Of a DNA stretch of 64,000 bases, positions 22,963 through 31,846 are shown in pieces (position 1 is the stretch's first letter; the number at the start of each line of letters is the position of its first letter). The notes under the pieces were generated by a model, which saw only the letters and a program-made list of their open reading frames with translations, did not search any database and was not told where the DNA came from. Both the position numbers and the translations under genes were made by a program. Source of the DNA: Chamaesiphon sp. (lineage in GTDB: Bacteria > Cyanobacteriota > Cyanobacteriia > Cyanobacteriales > Chamaesiphonaceae). The DNA is taken from contig CBDFFH010000002.1 of assembly GCA_965246715.1 (NCBI GenBank), forward strand, positions 272,172 through 336,171, read 5' to 3'.

Positions 22963-23033
22963 CAAAAGTTAGCTCATTTGGTAGAGCAATCGGCTGAGCC
23001 GACTGGTAACAGGTTCGATTCCTGTACTTTTTA
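22963..23033 (+). pseudogene. tRNA-like element with collapsed anticodon loop
   Basis: D arm GCTC/GAGC, T arm ACAGG-TTCGATT-CCTGT, acceptor AAAAGT/ACTTTT, anticodon arm TCGGC-TGA-GCCGA. Confidence 0.7.
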
Positions 23034-23038
23034 ACAAA

Positions 23039-23112
23039 TGCTAGGTAGAGCGGTTGGTTAGCTCGTTGGGTTGATAATCCAAAGGTCGCTGGTTCAAATC
23101 CAGCCTCAGCAA
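23039..23112 (+). tRNA. Atypical tRNA (anticodon GAT, Ile) on an fMet-like body
   Basis: Full cloverleaf: D arm GAGC/GCTC, TTGGG-TTGATAA-TCCAA, GCTGG-TTCAAAT-CCAGC; A:C mismatch in the acceptor stem. Confidence 0.65.
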
Positions 23113-23121
23113 AAAAACCTC

Positions 23122-23154
23122 GCTCTGGGTAAGAGCACCTTGTTTCGGACAAGG
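23122..23154 (+). pseudogene. tRNA fragment (D arm plus anticodon arm, TCG)
   Basis: GCTC-TGGGTAA-GAGC-A-CCTTG-TTTCGGA-CAAGG; no T arm visible. Confidence 0.5.
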
Positions 23155-23304
23155 CAAACCGTAATGGTTGCAAATTTACAGCACTTTGATGATGCTGTAT
23201 ATAAATGTTCTGAAAAAACATTTTCCAATCTGCTAGAGGACTGAAAAGTCATCTAGATTTCCCGATACTTAGTTGTATCGATCTTTTCTGCCCGTTATTA
23301 CTTT

Positions 23305-23432
23305 GTCATGCAGGTGTTTATATATGACTTAGGAGCCAGTGCAGGAGAAGTTTAGCTAACTTGAGTATTTCCCTTCTTGCTGTCAGCGCTAGCGTGCTCC
23401 GGCAAGGCTAGCAACGTCAATAGGAACGGCGT
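23305..23432 (+). ncRNA. Candidate structured ncRNA or leader upstream of the slipin gene
   Basis: Nested stems plus a potential pseudoknot in a GC-richer island within AT-rich DNA. Confidence 0.45.
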
Positions 23433-24025
23433 ATGTGATGGTTATCGGCTATTTTAGCGATAGCTATGGAGCGATGGCAAAATAAGTAATAATCAGCTTA
23501 ATCCAGCTAGTTAAAATCTGTTGTCCGCGCCTAAGTTGTTAAACTCTGCTGTGGCGAAGTAAAAAATATCTATGTTTTTATTTAATCTAGTCAATCAGCT
23601 AAAATCGCCGAAATTATCGTTTAATTTTTATATGTGGCAGACATTTTATATCAAAGCTAACGAAATTGGTGCGCTGTCTCGTCGTGGCAATTTCCAACAG
23701 TTTTTACGTCCTGGAAAATACACTTATTTTGGGCGAGATTGGCAAGTCAAAGCATTTGATTTAAATGAACCAGAAGCACAGATTGACAACTTAGAGCTAT
23801 TGTTGAGCGAGCGCAGAGCCGAATTAGAAGAGTATCTAACGATTATTAAGACTGACTTCGATCGGGTGGCTTTAGTTAGAGTAGGCCAACAATGGATGAG
23901 CGTGGCACCTGGTCGATCGATGGCATTTTGGCGGGGATTTATCCCAGTAGAGGTTCATATTTTTAATTTACAAGATAGTCTCGAATTACCTGCCGAATTT
24001 GCACGACAGATCCGAGGCACGATTT

Positions 24026-25531
24026 CAGGTTAAACGCATCAAAACTTGATATGAGGCGATCGAATTCAATAATACATACAACTTAAGCAGTATTTATGAA
24101 CTAAATACATTTACGACGAATTCAATTAGAACTGATGTATAGTATAAGGCAATATTTATTTAATGCAATATAAAGTAGTCGATCGAAGGAATAACTTAAA
24201 TCGTCGATATATTATAGAAGTAATTTGATTTCAACCAATAGTTCGTAAATTATAAAATACCTTCTAAAATTTCAGCCAAGTATTTGTCATCTATACCTGC
24301 TAGAAATCTCTTGCTTTTCACACTTAATTTCCGACTTTTATTTTGACTAATTAAGTTAATAGCTATGTGCCGTAATACTGCAAAATTAGCTGGCGCATTA
24401 TCTTTCCTAATTCGACTATAATCTTCTCTTAAAGAAACATCAAGTACCCAATGAAGTGAATTTTCTATCCCCCAATGACCTCTAATTGCTCCGGCGACTC
24501 TCTTGGCATTATTAGCTAAACTACTAATAAAATAACGAGTCTCTACGGTGGTTTTATCCCCAATAGTTCTTACTGATTCAACCATCGCAATACTAGTCAA
24601 TTTCATCCAGTTATGGGATGAATCTATTCGATCGGCAACATCTGATATCATTAAATAATTACGGATTTCTTCCCTACCCCCATTAATCTCCTTAGTCCTG
24701 AAATCACTCAGATTGAAACCTGCGCCACCAGTTGCAATAGCCTGTTTAAATAGCCTTTCTACTTGGTCGTATAAACTTGGTTGATTCTTTTTCACAGCAA
24801 TTACATAATCTGCATCTTTTTCAACAATTTTTTTTACTATTTCTCTTTGACATCCCATTGCATCAATGGTAACTATACATCCGGCTAAATCTAGAACTTT
24901 AATTAATTCAGGAAGTGCTGTGATTTCATTAGATTTGCCCTCAACCATTTTCTGTCCTAATACTAATCTATTAGTTACAGCCCATGCACTAACAGTATTT
25001 AGTACACCTTGTCCATTAGTATTATCTCCTGAATTTCGAGATTGTTTGCCGTCAAGTGCAATTATTTCTCCTGCTGTTATTTTAGATATTCCTTTAACCC
25101 AACTCAGGAAACTTTTTTGAAATTCTTCAGGATTAATTCGTGAAAATACCCTTCCAAATGTATCATGTGATGGAATACCATGCGGCAACTCTAAAAATTT
25201 ACCTAGCCATTCCTTCTTCGCCAAACCATAAATTTCTATATCTATCCATGTATCAGCTCCAGATACTACAGCACAAATGGTAATGGTGATGATATCAATT
25301 AATTTATGCTTTTTCCCGCGCTCTGTCCTGTAGTCTTCTACACTCTCGAAGTGTTCTATAATACTATATTTTGGCTTCAGCTTCATTTTAGTTAAATTAA
25401 ATTTGTTAAATTCTAACATAGTTAATTAGCTCTAACTATTACCTAGCAGTAATTACAAGATTTCTAGATGCTATTTATTCATTCGATCGTCAAAGTTTTT
25501 AGTAATAACAAATTTAAGTGCGTTTAACCTG
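24026..25531 (-). mobile_element. ISAs1-family IS (copy 1)
   Basis: TIRs CAGGTTAAACGCA / TGCGTTTAACCTG; 10-bp TSD GGCACGATTT. Confidence 0.93.
24250..25386 (-). CDS. ISAs1-family transposase
   Basis: PSHDTF, ALDGK, KSNEITA, TIDAMGCQ, HWGIENSLHWVLDV. Confidence 0.95.
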   Translation of the reverse strand: MKLKPKYSIIEHFESVEDYRTERGKKHKLIDIITITICAVVSGADTWIDIEIYGLAKKEWLGKFLELPHGIPSHDTFGRVFSRINPEEFQKSFLSWVKGISKITAGEIIALDGKQSRNSGDNTNGQGVLNTVSAWAVTNRLVLGQKMVEGKSNEITALPELIKVLDLAGCIVTIDAMGCQREIVKKIVEKDADYVIAVKKNQPSLYDQVERLFKQAIATGGAGFNLSDFRTKEINGGREEIRNYLMISDVADRIDSSHNWMKLTSIAMVESVRTIGDKTTVETRYFISSLANNAKRVAGAIRGHWGIENSLHWVLDVSLREDYSRIRKDNAPANFAVLRHIAINLISQNKSRKLSVKSKRFLAGIDDKYLAEILEGIL

Positions 25532-25558
25532 GGCACGATTTCTGGATTAAAAAAATTC

Positions 25559-26994
25559 GGCTCTTCACTACTTAGTATGCTCGATCGATAGCAAATGTGG
25601 CAAATAGAAATTAATCAATATGTGAAATTGCCATAAAAGTGGAGTGATAATTGACATTGGGGGCATTTTGTTATTAAGTATAATCTAATTGAAAGCGATC
25701 TTGAGACAAACCAGAAGAAAATGCTCACCAAAAAGGAAATACAACTACTAACAGAAGTACTAAATCTAGCGGGAGTAAAAGTAAATGCCAAGCACCAACA
25801 TGAAGGAATTGGAATAATTTTAGGAGTTGAGTCGAGCGAAAAAATAAGTGTTTGCCAACGCTGTGGTTTGAAAAGCGACAAGTTACACCAAAACCATCGG
25901 CAAATAATCAAAGATTTGGATTGGGGAGGGCAAGCGGTATTTTTAGAAATAAATAGAAGACAATTCAACTGCGAAAAATGCCAGAAACCATTTAGCGAAG
26001 AATTAGAATTTGTCAAGTCAAGAAGAAGATACACGAAAAGATTAGCAGATCGGATAATAGAAGAAGTATTAGCAGATGACATTAGGAGTGTAGCGAAGAA
26101 GGGGAAGGTAACAGAGAAAGAAATAGAAAGAATGCTAAAGGATGCATCAGGAGATTTATCAAAAATAAAACCAATAGGATTAAAAAGATTAGGGATAGAC
26201 GAAATAGCATTGATTAAAGGGCAGGGAAAATATTGTGCAGTATTAATAGACATAGATCGTTCTAAATTATTGGCAATTATCGAGGGAAGAACCAAAGAAG
26301 AAATTAAGAAAGTCCTGAGAGAGTGGGGGTCAGAGGTATTAGAAGGAATCGAAGAAGTAAGCATAGACTTATGGCAGGGATATAAAAGTCTAGCAATAGA
26401 AATGATGCCAAAAGCTCAGATAGTAGCAGATCGATTCCATATAATGGTACAAATAAATCAAGAATTAGATGGAGAAAGAAAGAAGGAGAAGCGAAAAATC
26501 GAAGCAGAAATAAAGCAAGCAAAAACCCCAGAAGAAAAAGCGGAGAAAGCGGCTATATTAGCAGGAATAACTAATAGTAAGTATCCAATATTGAAAAACG
26601 AAGAAGACTTAAATGAAGAACAGAAAGACAAGCTAGCTCAGGTAAAAAATGTATCAAGTCAGCTCGGAAAAATGCATCAATTGAAAGAGGATTTTCGAGA
26701 AATATTTGAGAAAAAGGAAAACTGGAATGAGGGATTACTAGGCTTAGGGGAATGGCTGTCAAAAGCTCAAAAATATTTTGTCAAAAGTCAAGGGACAATT
26801 TATCGATGGTTTGATGAAATACTGGCTTATTTTGACAATGGAACAACTAGTGGAGTAGTGGAGGGAATTAATAACAAGCTAAAACTAATCAAACGTTCAG
26901 CATATGGATTTACTAATTTTGAGAATTTCCGAAATAGATGCTTGCTTAATTGGCACTTCAATCATTAATTTGGCATACTAACTAGTGAAGAGCC
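25559..26994 (+). mobile_element. ISL3-family IS
   Basis: TIRs GGCTCTTCACTA.TTAGTATGC / GCATACTAACTAGTGAAGAGCC; 8-bp TSD AAAAATTC. Confidence 0.93.
25721..26968 (+). CDS. ISL3-family transposase
   Basis: CQRC...CEKC zinc finger, GIDE, SIDL, ADRFH, EGINNKLKLIKR. Confidence 0.95.
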   Translation: MLTKKEIQLLTEVLNLAGVKVNAKHQHEGIGIILGVESSEKISVCQRCGLKSDKLHQNHRQIIKDLDWGGQAVFLEINRRQFNCEKCQKPFSEELEFVKSRRRYTKRLADRIIEEVLADDIRSVAKKGKVTEKEIERMLKDASGDLSKIKPIGLKRLGIDEIALIKGQGKYCAVLIDIDRSKLLAIIEGRTKEEIKKVLREWGSEVLEGIEEVSIDLWQGYKSLAIEMMPKAQIVADRFHIMVQINQELDGERKKEKRKIEAEIKQAKTPEEKAEKAAILAGITNSKYPILKNEEDLNEEQKDKLAQVKNVSSQLGKMHQLKEDFREIFEKKENWNEGLLGLGEWLSKAQKYFVKSQGTIYRWFDEILAYFDNGTTSGVVEGINNKLKLIKRSAYGFTNFENFRNRCLLNWHFNH

Positions 26995-27842
26995 AAAAAT
27001 TCAAGGTTGCTGAGTGTGAAATTGGAGTATTGTACGTCGAAAATAACTTTGTCAAGCTGTTAGTTGCAGGTGAGTATGATTTTTGGATATTCGATCGCAA
27101 TGTAAATGTCAAAACTCTTAATCAGAGGTCGAATCCAGAAGCTAAAATCGACAACTTAGAATTATTAATCGATACTCATGAGCGCGAACTGCAAGAACAT
27201 GTATTAATTGTCAAAACAGAATTTAACCAGGCTGCACTGATTCGCTCCGATCGCAATTGGTATGGGATGAAACCCAACCAAGTTAATGCTTATTGGCGAC
27301 AATCTCACGATCTAGAGTCCCATCTGTTTAACTTAGAAGATACTCTAGAATTACCTGCTAATTTCGTCCAGAAATTACGAGATGAAAGTATTCCTAATAT
27401 TAAAAAATTTGAAATATCACAATCTCAACTTGGATTGTTGTACATCCAGGATAATTTTATTCGCCCCTTATCCGCCGGGGAATATGCTTTTTGGTCGGTG
27501 AATCGGGACATTAAGGTAATTACTCTCAATCTCCTGATTCCTAATCCAACTTTTCCCCAGGAGGAATTTCTCATCGAACGACACCAGGATTTTGTCAGCG
27601 AATATTGTACTGCGGTGCAATTACTCGCTCACCAAGTTGCGATCGTCCGTCATTTAGGAAAGGTAATTGCTATTTTACCACCTACCAGTCGGAAGTTATT
27701 TTGGCAGGTAGTAGAAGTAGAACTAATCGATATTACTAACGATGCAAAATTACCTGCCAATCTCGTCTCCGAATTTCGAGCTAGTTCGCCAGATGTTTTG
27801 TTACCAAACAGCCAAAGTATTCATACTTGCGAGGTTCCCGCC

Positions 27843-29330
27843 CAGGGTGAACGCACTTAAATTTCCTACTATTTAAAATCCTCGCAAATCAGTTGCAGAT
27901 TTGAATTACGAAAAGTATGAAAGCTTTAATGGTAAACAAGTATAGCCAGTTAATTATGTTATATTTATTGGAAATTCAGATCGCGTCAAATGAAGCTAAA
28001 GCCAAGGCATAGTATCGCAGAACACTTTGGTGACATAAAAGACATTAGAATTGAACGGGGGAAAAAACACAAACTAATCGATATTATCACGATCTCGATT
28101 TGTGCAGTAGTATGTGGAGCAGATGGATGGGAAGACATAGAGCTGTATGGCATCACCAGAAAAAAATGGCTGGAGGAATTTCTAGAATTACCGAATGGGA
28201 TACCATCTCACGATACATTTGCACGGGTATTTTCACAAATTAATCCTGAAGAATTCAATAAATCTTTCCTGCATTGGATTAAAGGAATAAGTAAAATAAC
28301 AGCAGGAGAGATAATCGCATTTGATGGAAAACAATCTCGAAATTCAAGAGACGAAAAAAATGGTAAAGGAGTAATTAATACGGTCAGTGCTTGGGCAGCA
28401 AGTAATAGATTAGTATTAGGACAAACAAAAGTCGAGAGTAAATCAAATGAAATTACTGCATTGCCTGAGTTGATTAATGCCTTAGATCTAGCTGGATGTA
28501 TAGTGACAATTGATGCAATGGGATGTCAGCGAGAAATAGTCAAGAAAATTGTCAAAAAAGAAGCAGATTATGTAATTGCTGTCAAAAAGAATCAACCAAG
28601 TTTATATGAAAGGGTAGAACAGCTATTCAAACAGGCGATTAAAACTCGTGGTGAAAGTCTGAAAACGCATAGCTTCAGCAGTAGAGAGATGAATAGAGGT
28701 AGAGAGGAAACTCGTAATTACCTAATGATATCAGACATTGCAACATCAATAGATCCATTGCTAAAATGGCAAAATCTGACTAGTATTTGCATGGTAGAAT
28801 CAGTTCGAGTTGTCAATGAAAAAACCAGCGTAGAAGCTCGTTATTTCATCAGTAGCTTAGAAGATAATGTTGAAAAACTAGCAGAAGCAATCAGAGGTCA
28901 TTGGTCGATAGAAAATTCACTCCATTGGGTACTTGATGTTATTTTCAAAGAAGACATTAGTCGAATTAGAAAAGATAATGCTCCAGCTAATTTTGCTGTT
29001 TTAAGACATATAGCAGTTAATATAATGAGTCAGAACAAGAGTCGAAAACTAAGTGTTAGGAAGAAGCGATTTCTTGCGAGCCTTGATGAAGAATATTCGC
29101 GCGAACTTCTAGAGGCTATTTTAGCCTAAATTTAACTAACCCCAGAGTATGAATTTGGCTAAATATCTTTAGCCGCACTTTTGCCGGACTAAATTGAGTT
29201 AATTTAACCTCGTCTTTGGTTTCGATTTTATTGATATTGTCGTAATTGTAGTTAAGCAATCGAATATCATTAATCGCCTATTTTAGTGGCTCTCGATCGA
29301 AATAAATCCTGTTTTGATGCGTTCACCCTG
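27843..29330 (+). mobile_element. ISAs1-family IS (copy 2)
   Basis: TIRs CAGGGTGAACGCA / TGCGTTCACCCTG; 10-bp TSD GGTTCCCGCC. Confidence 0.93.
27990..29129 (+). CDS. ISAs1-family transposase
   Basis: PSHDTF, AFDGK, KSNEITA, TIDAMGCQ, HWSIENSLHW. Confidence 0.95.
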   Translation: MKLKPRHSIAEHFGDIKDIRIERGKKHKLIDIITISICAVVCGADGWEDIELYGITRKKWLEEFLELPNGIPSHDTFARVFSQINPEEFNKSFLHWIKGISKITAGEIIAFDGKQSRNSRDEKNGKGVINTVSAWAASNRLVLGQTKVESKSNEITALPELINALDLAGCIVTIDAMGCQREIVKKIVKKEADYVIAVKKNQPSLYERVEQLFKQAIKTRGESLKTHSFSSREMNRGREETRNYLMISDIATSIDPLLKWQNLTSICMVESVRVVNEKTSVEARYFISSLEDNVEKLAEAIRGHWSIENSLHWVLDVIFKEDISRIRKDNAPANFAVLRHIAVNIMSQNKSRKLSVRKKRFLASLDEEYSRELLEAILA

Positions 29331-30115
29331 GGTTCCCGCCCAACACGTCGGGTTGGTGTATATCGATCGCATATTCCACTCTCAACTCGAACCAGGGATT
29401 CATTCTTGGTGGCTGTTTGGGCGTTCTTTTCAAAGCGAAATATTCGATCTGCGCTTACAAAACCTGGAGGTTTCGGGACAGGATATTTTATCAAAAGATA
29501 AAGTACCGCTGCGGCTAAATTTAACGGCTGGCTTCCGCATTCAAGATGTACTCAGAGCCAAAAGTGGTTTGTCAGACATATCGAACTTTTTATATAAAGA
29601 ACTCCAGTTTGCACTGCGTGCAGCCGTAGGCGAACAAACTTTAGATGCATTACTGGAAAATAAAGGCGCGATCGATCGTTCGATTGCCGATTATATTCGT
29701 ACCAAAACTGCTGAATATGGGATCGAGATCGATTCTGTTGGCGTAAAAGATATCATCTTACCTGGCGAGATTAGAACTATCTTGAGTAAGGTAGTAGAAG
29801 CGGAAAAATCAGCTCAAGCTAATGTCATCAGACGCAGGGAAGAGACGGCAGCAACTCGCAGTATGTTAAATACAGCAAAAGTAATGGAAGATAATCCGGT
29901 AGCTTTACGATTGAAAGAGTTGGAAATCTTAGAAAGAATTGCCGAGAAAGTCGATCGCATTCAGGTCAATGGTGGTTTAGATAATATTCTCAGTGACTTA
30001 ATTAAAATCGACCGCCAACAAAATTCATAATATTGCAAGTTAGTCCAAATGTTGCAATCTACATCAAGGATTGCAACACAACCAATAGACTAACGATCGA
30101 TTCAATTAAAGGCTA

Positions 30116-31510
30116 CTAGGGCAGCAAGCCACCTCTGCGGATGAGATCGATCGGTGCTAATAAACAAGAGCCAACGCTCAAACCAAAACTCACGATCTGA
30201 AAAGCACGCATCGGCGATAATGCCATTAGTGCGATCGGGAGGCCAGCATACCATGGCCAGTAAACATTTGGAACCAACAATGTGTACGCCAAGGCAATAG
30301 TCCCGCAGGATTTAAGTAATCTAGTTTTGCGATCTACTTTTATCGTAACTAATAAAACTATGATGCAAAAAACTCCCTTCAGGATGAGAGCTGCTAATTG
30401 GCGGACTGGCAATCCCAATGGTAAGAATTTCAGAAATTGTGACAGTATCGAAGCTGCCGAGAGCGCACCAGGAACATTCGCTTGCTGAGTCAATCCTTGG
30501 AATGTGTCCGCTCCTACCCATAGTTGCCAGTAGAGTAGGACAGCAACACCGCTCCCTAAAATTAGACCGAGCAAAATCTGCAACCAAGTCTGAGACATTT
30601 TTCCTGTCGTTCGATCGCTGTGCCAGTAGTATGCCAACTGTGCTGGTAAAAAAATTATCGGGATGTATTTAACCAATATTCCAAGTACGATCGAAAACAT
30701 GGATGCGGCTGGGCGGGCATCGATCGTCAGTAGCAGGGCGAGTAAAGTAAAAACGATTGCTAAGGCATCATTATGTCCTTCAGCGGCAAACTCGATCGTT
30801 ACCAGCGGATTCCATAGATAGACGACGGTGCCTAGTAATTGGACTTGTGGACGGACTTTAGCCAGGATCTGCCATATCAGCGCGGCTGAGAGCAAATGAG
30901 CGGTGACTACGATGCTTTTCAACAGGAAAATTTCGGTCGGGATATTTTGCACGATCCGCACGACGGCCATCGATAATTGAGTCCACAACGGGCCATAGGG
31001 CGAAATCCCATGAACCGGTCGCCATCCCCATGCGAGTAATTGACGACCAAAGGGGATATCTGCCACATCTTTGACAGCATTAAGGTAGGGGTTGCTTGTT
31101 GGTGTGATGCCCAAGTAACCTTGAACCAGATAAGAGAAAATGTCGATCGAAAAGTAGGGCCGGACAAACAGTAGTCCGAGATTAAAAACTACTGGAAATA
31201 ACAGCGTCAGTGCGATCGTGCGGAGATCGTCCGAGCGACTGCGCGAGCAAAGTCTCAGCAGATAAAAATAGAGACCAAAAAGAGCAATGATACTCCCGTA
31301 GTAGATACTCAGTTCGCCGATTGAGTTTAAAAAATTAGCTATTAGATCTTGTCCCGCAATACCTGAATTATTTGCAGAGTGACTTTTTAAGTAGAGTACC
31401 TCTTTAACTCGGTGGACTAACAAATATAGCAGACTAGTAGCTATGCCAATAAAGACGAGCGGCTTGGAGTGGAGTGCCGATTCGATTCTACCTGTTTTGA
31501 AAGCTAGCAT
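30116..31510 (-). CDS. Polytopic membrane glycosyltransferase (GT-C, MptA/DUF2029-like)
   Basis: SIDIFSY, SPYGPLW, WNPL...EGHND, YWPWY; many transmembrane segments. Confidence 0.75.
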   Translation of the reverse strand: MLAFKTGRIESALHSKPLVFIGIATSLLYLLVHRVKEVLYLKSHSANNSGIAGQDLIANFLNSIGELSIYYGSIIALFGLYFYLLRLCSRSRSDDLRTIALTLLFPVVFNLGLLFVRPYFSIDIFSYLVQGYLGITPTSNPYLNAVKDVADIPFGRQLLAWGWRPVHGISPYGPLWTQLSMAVVRIVQNIPTEIFLLKSIVVTAHLLSAALIWQILAKVRPQVQLLGTVVYLWNPLVTIEFAAEGHNDALAIVFTLLALLLTIDARPAASMFSIVLGILVKYIPIIFLPAQLAYYWHSDRTTGKMSQTWLQILLGLILGSGVAVLLYWQLWVGADTFQGLTQQANVPGALSAASILSQFLKFLPLGLPVRQLAALILKGVFCIIVLLVTIKVDRKTRLLKSCGTIALAYTLLVPNVYWPWYAGLPIALMALSPMRAFQIVSFGLSVGSCLLAPIDLIRRGGLLP

Positions 31511-31846
31511 ATATCACTAAAAGTATTAAATCATCCAAATAATAGCGATCTCAAAGTCGATTTGAGGTTGAAAAATTCTTTTTGTTTTCCCTGAAATTCT
31601 AAGATAAATTACAAAAAAGTGAGATAACTAACGTCAGTTCGGGATAAGAATAGCCTGGAGACTGAAGTCTCGGCTCATGATGCAAAGTCCGCCTTCGCGG
31701 ACTAATTATCTAGTCCGCGAAGGCGGACTTTTGCCGCTCGCGGCAACAACCGGACTTTGCACTATTAGCACCGATTTGCGGCGCGCGCTCCTCGGCTTTG
31801 CCGAGGGTTTAGCGCGACAAGACACAATCGAGTGCGGTGCTTGAAC

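Larger units (their letters stand above)
23632..30030 (+). pseudogene. SPFH/band-7 (slipin-family) protein interrupted by three IS elements; reconstructed length 646 aa
   Basis: 23632-24025 + 25542-25558 + 27003-27842 + 29341-30030 = 1941 nt in frame; SPFH motifs DLRLQNLEVSGQDILSKDKVPLR, KDIILPGEI, RREETAATRS. Confidence 0.9.

Noticed and set aside
22949..23221. 90-aa minus-strand ORF
   Set aside because: Antisense shadow of the tRNA-like units (AGFEPATFG is a typical reverse-tRNA translation)
25615..26364. 249-aa minus-strand ORF, and the many similar antisense ORFs inside glgB, nrdJ, ftsZ and the giant phosphatase
   Set aside because: Shadows of well-supported genes on the other strand
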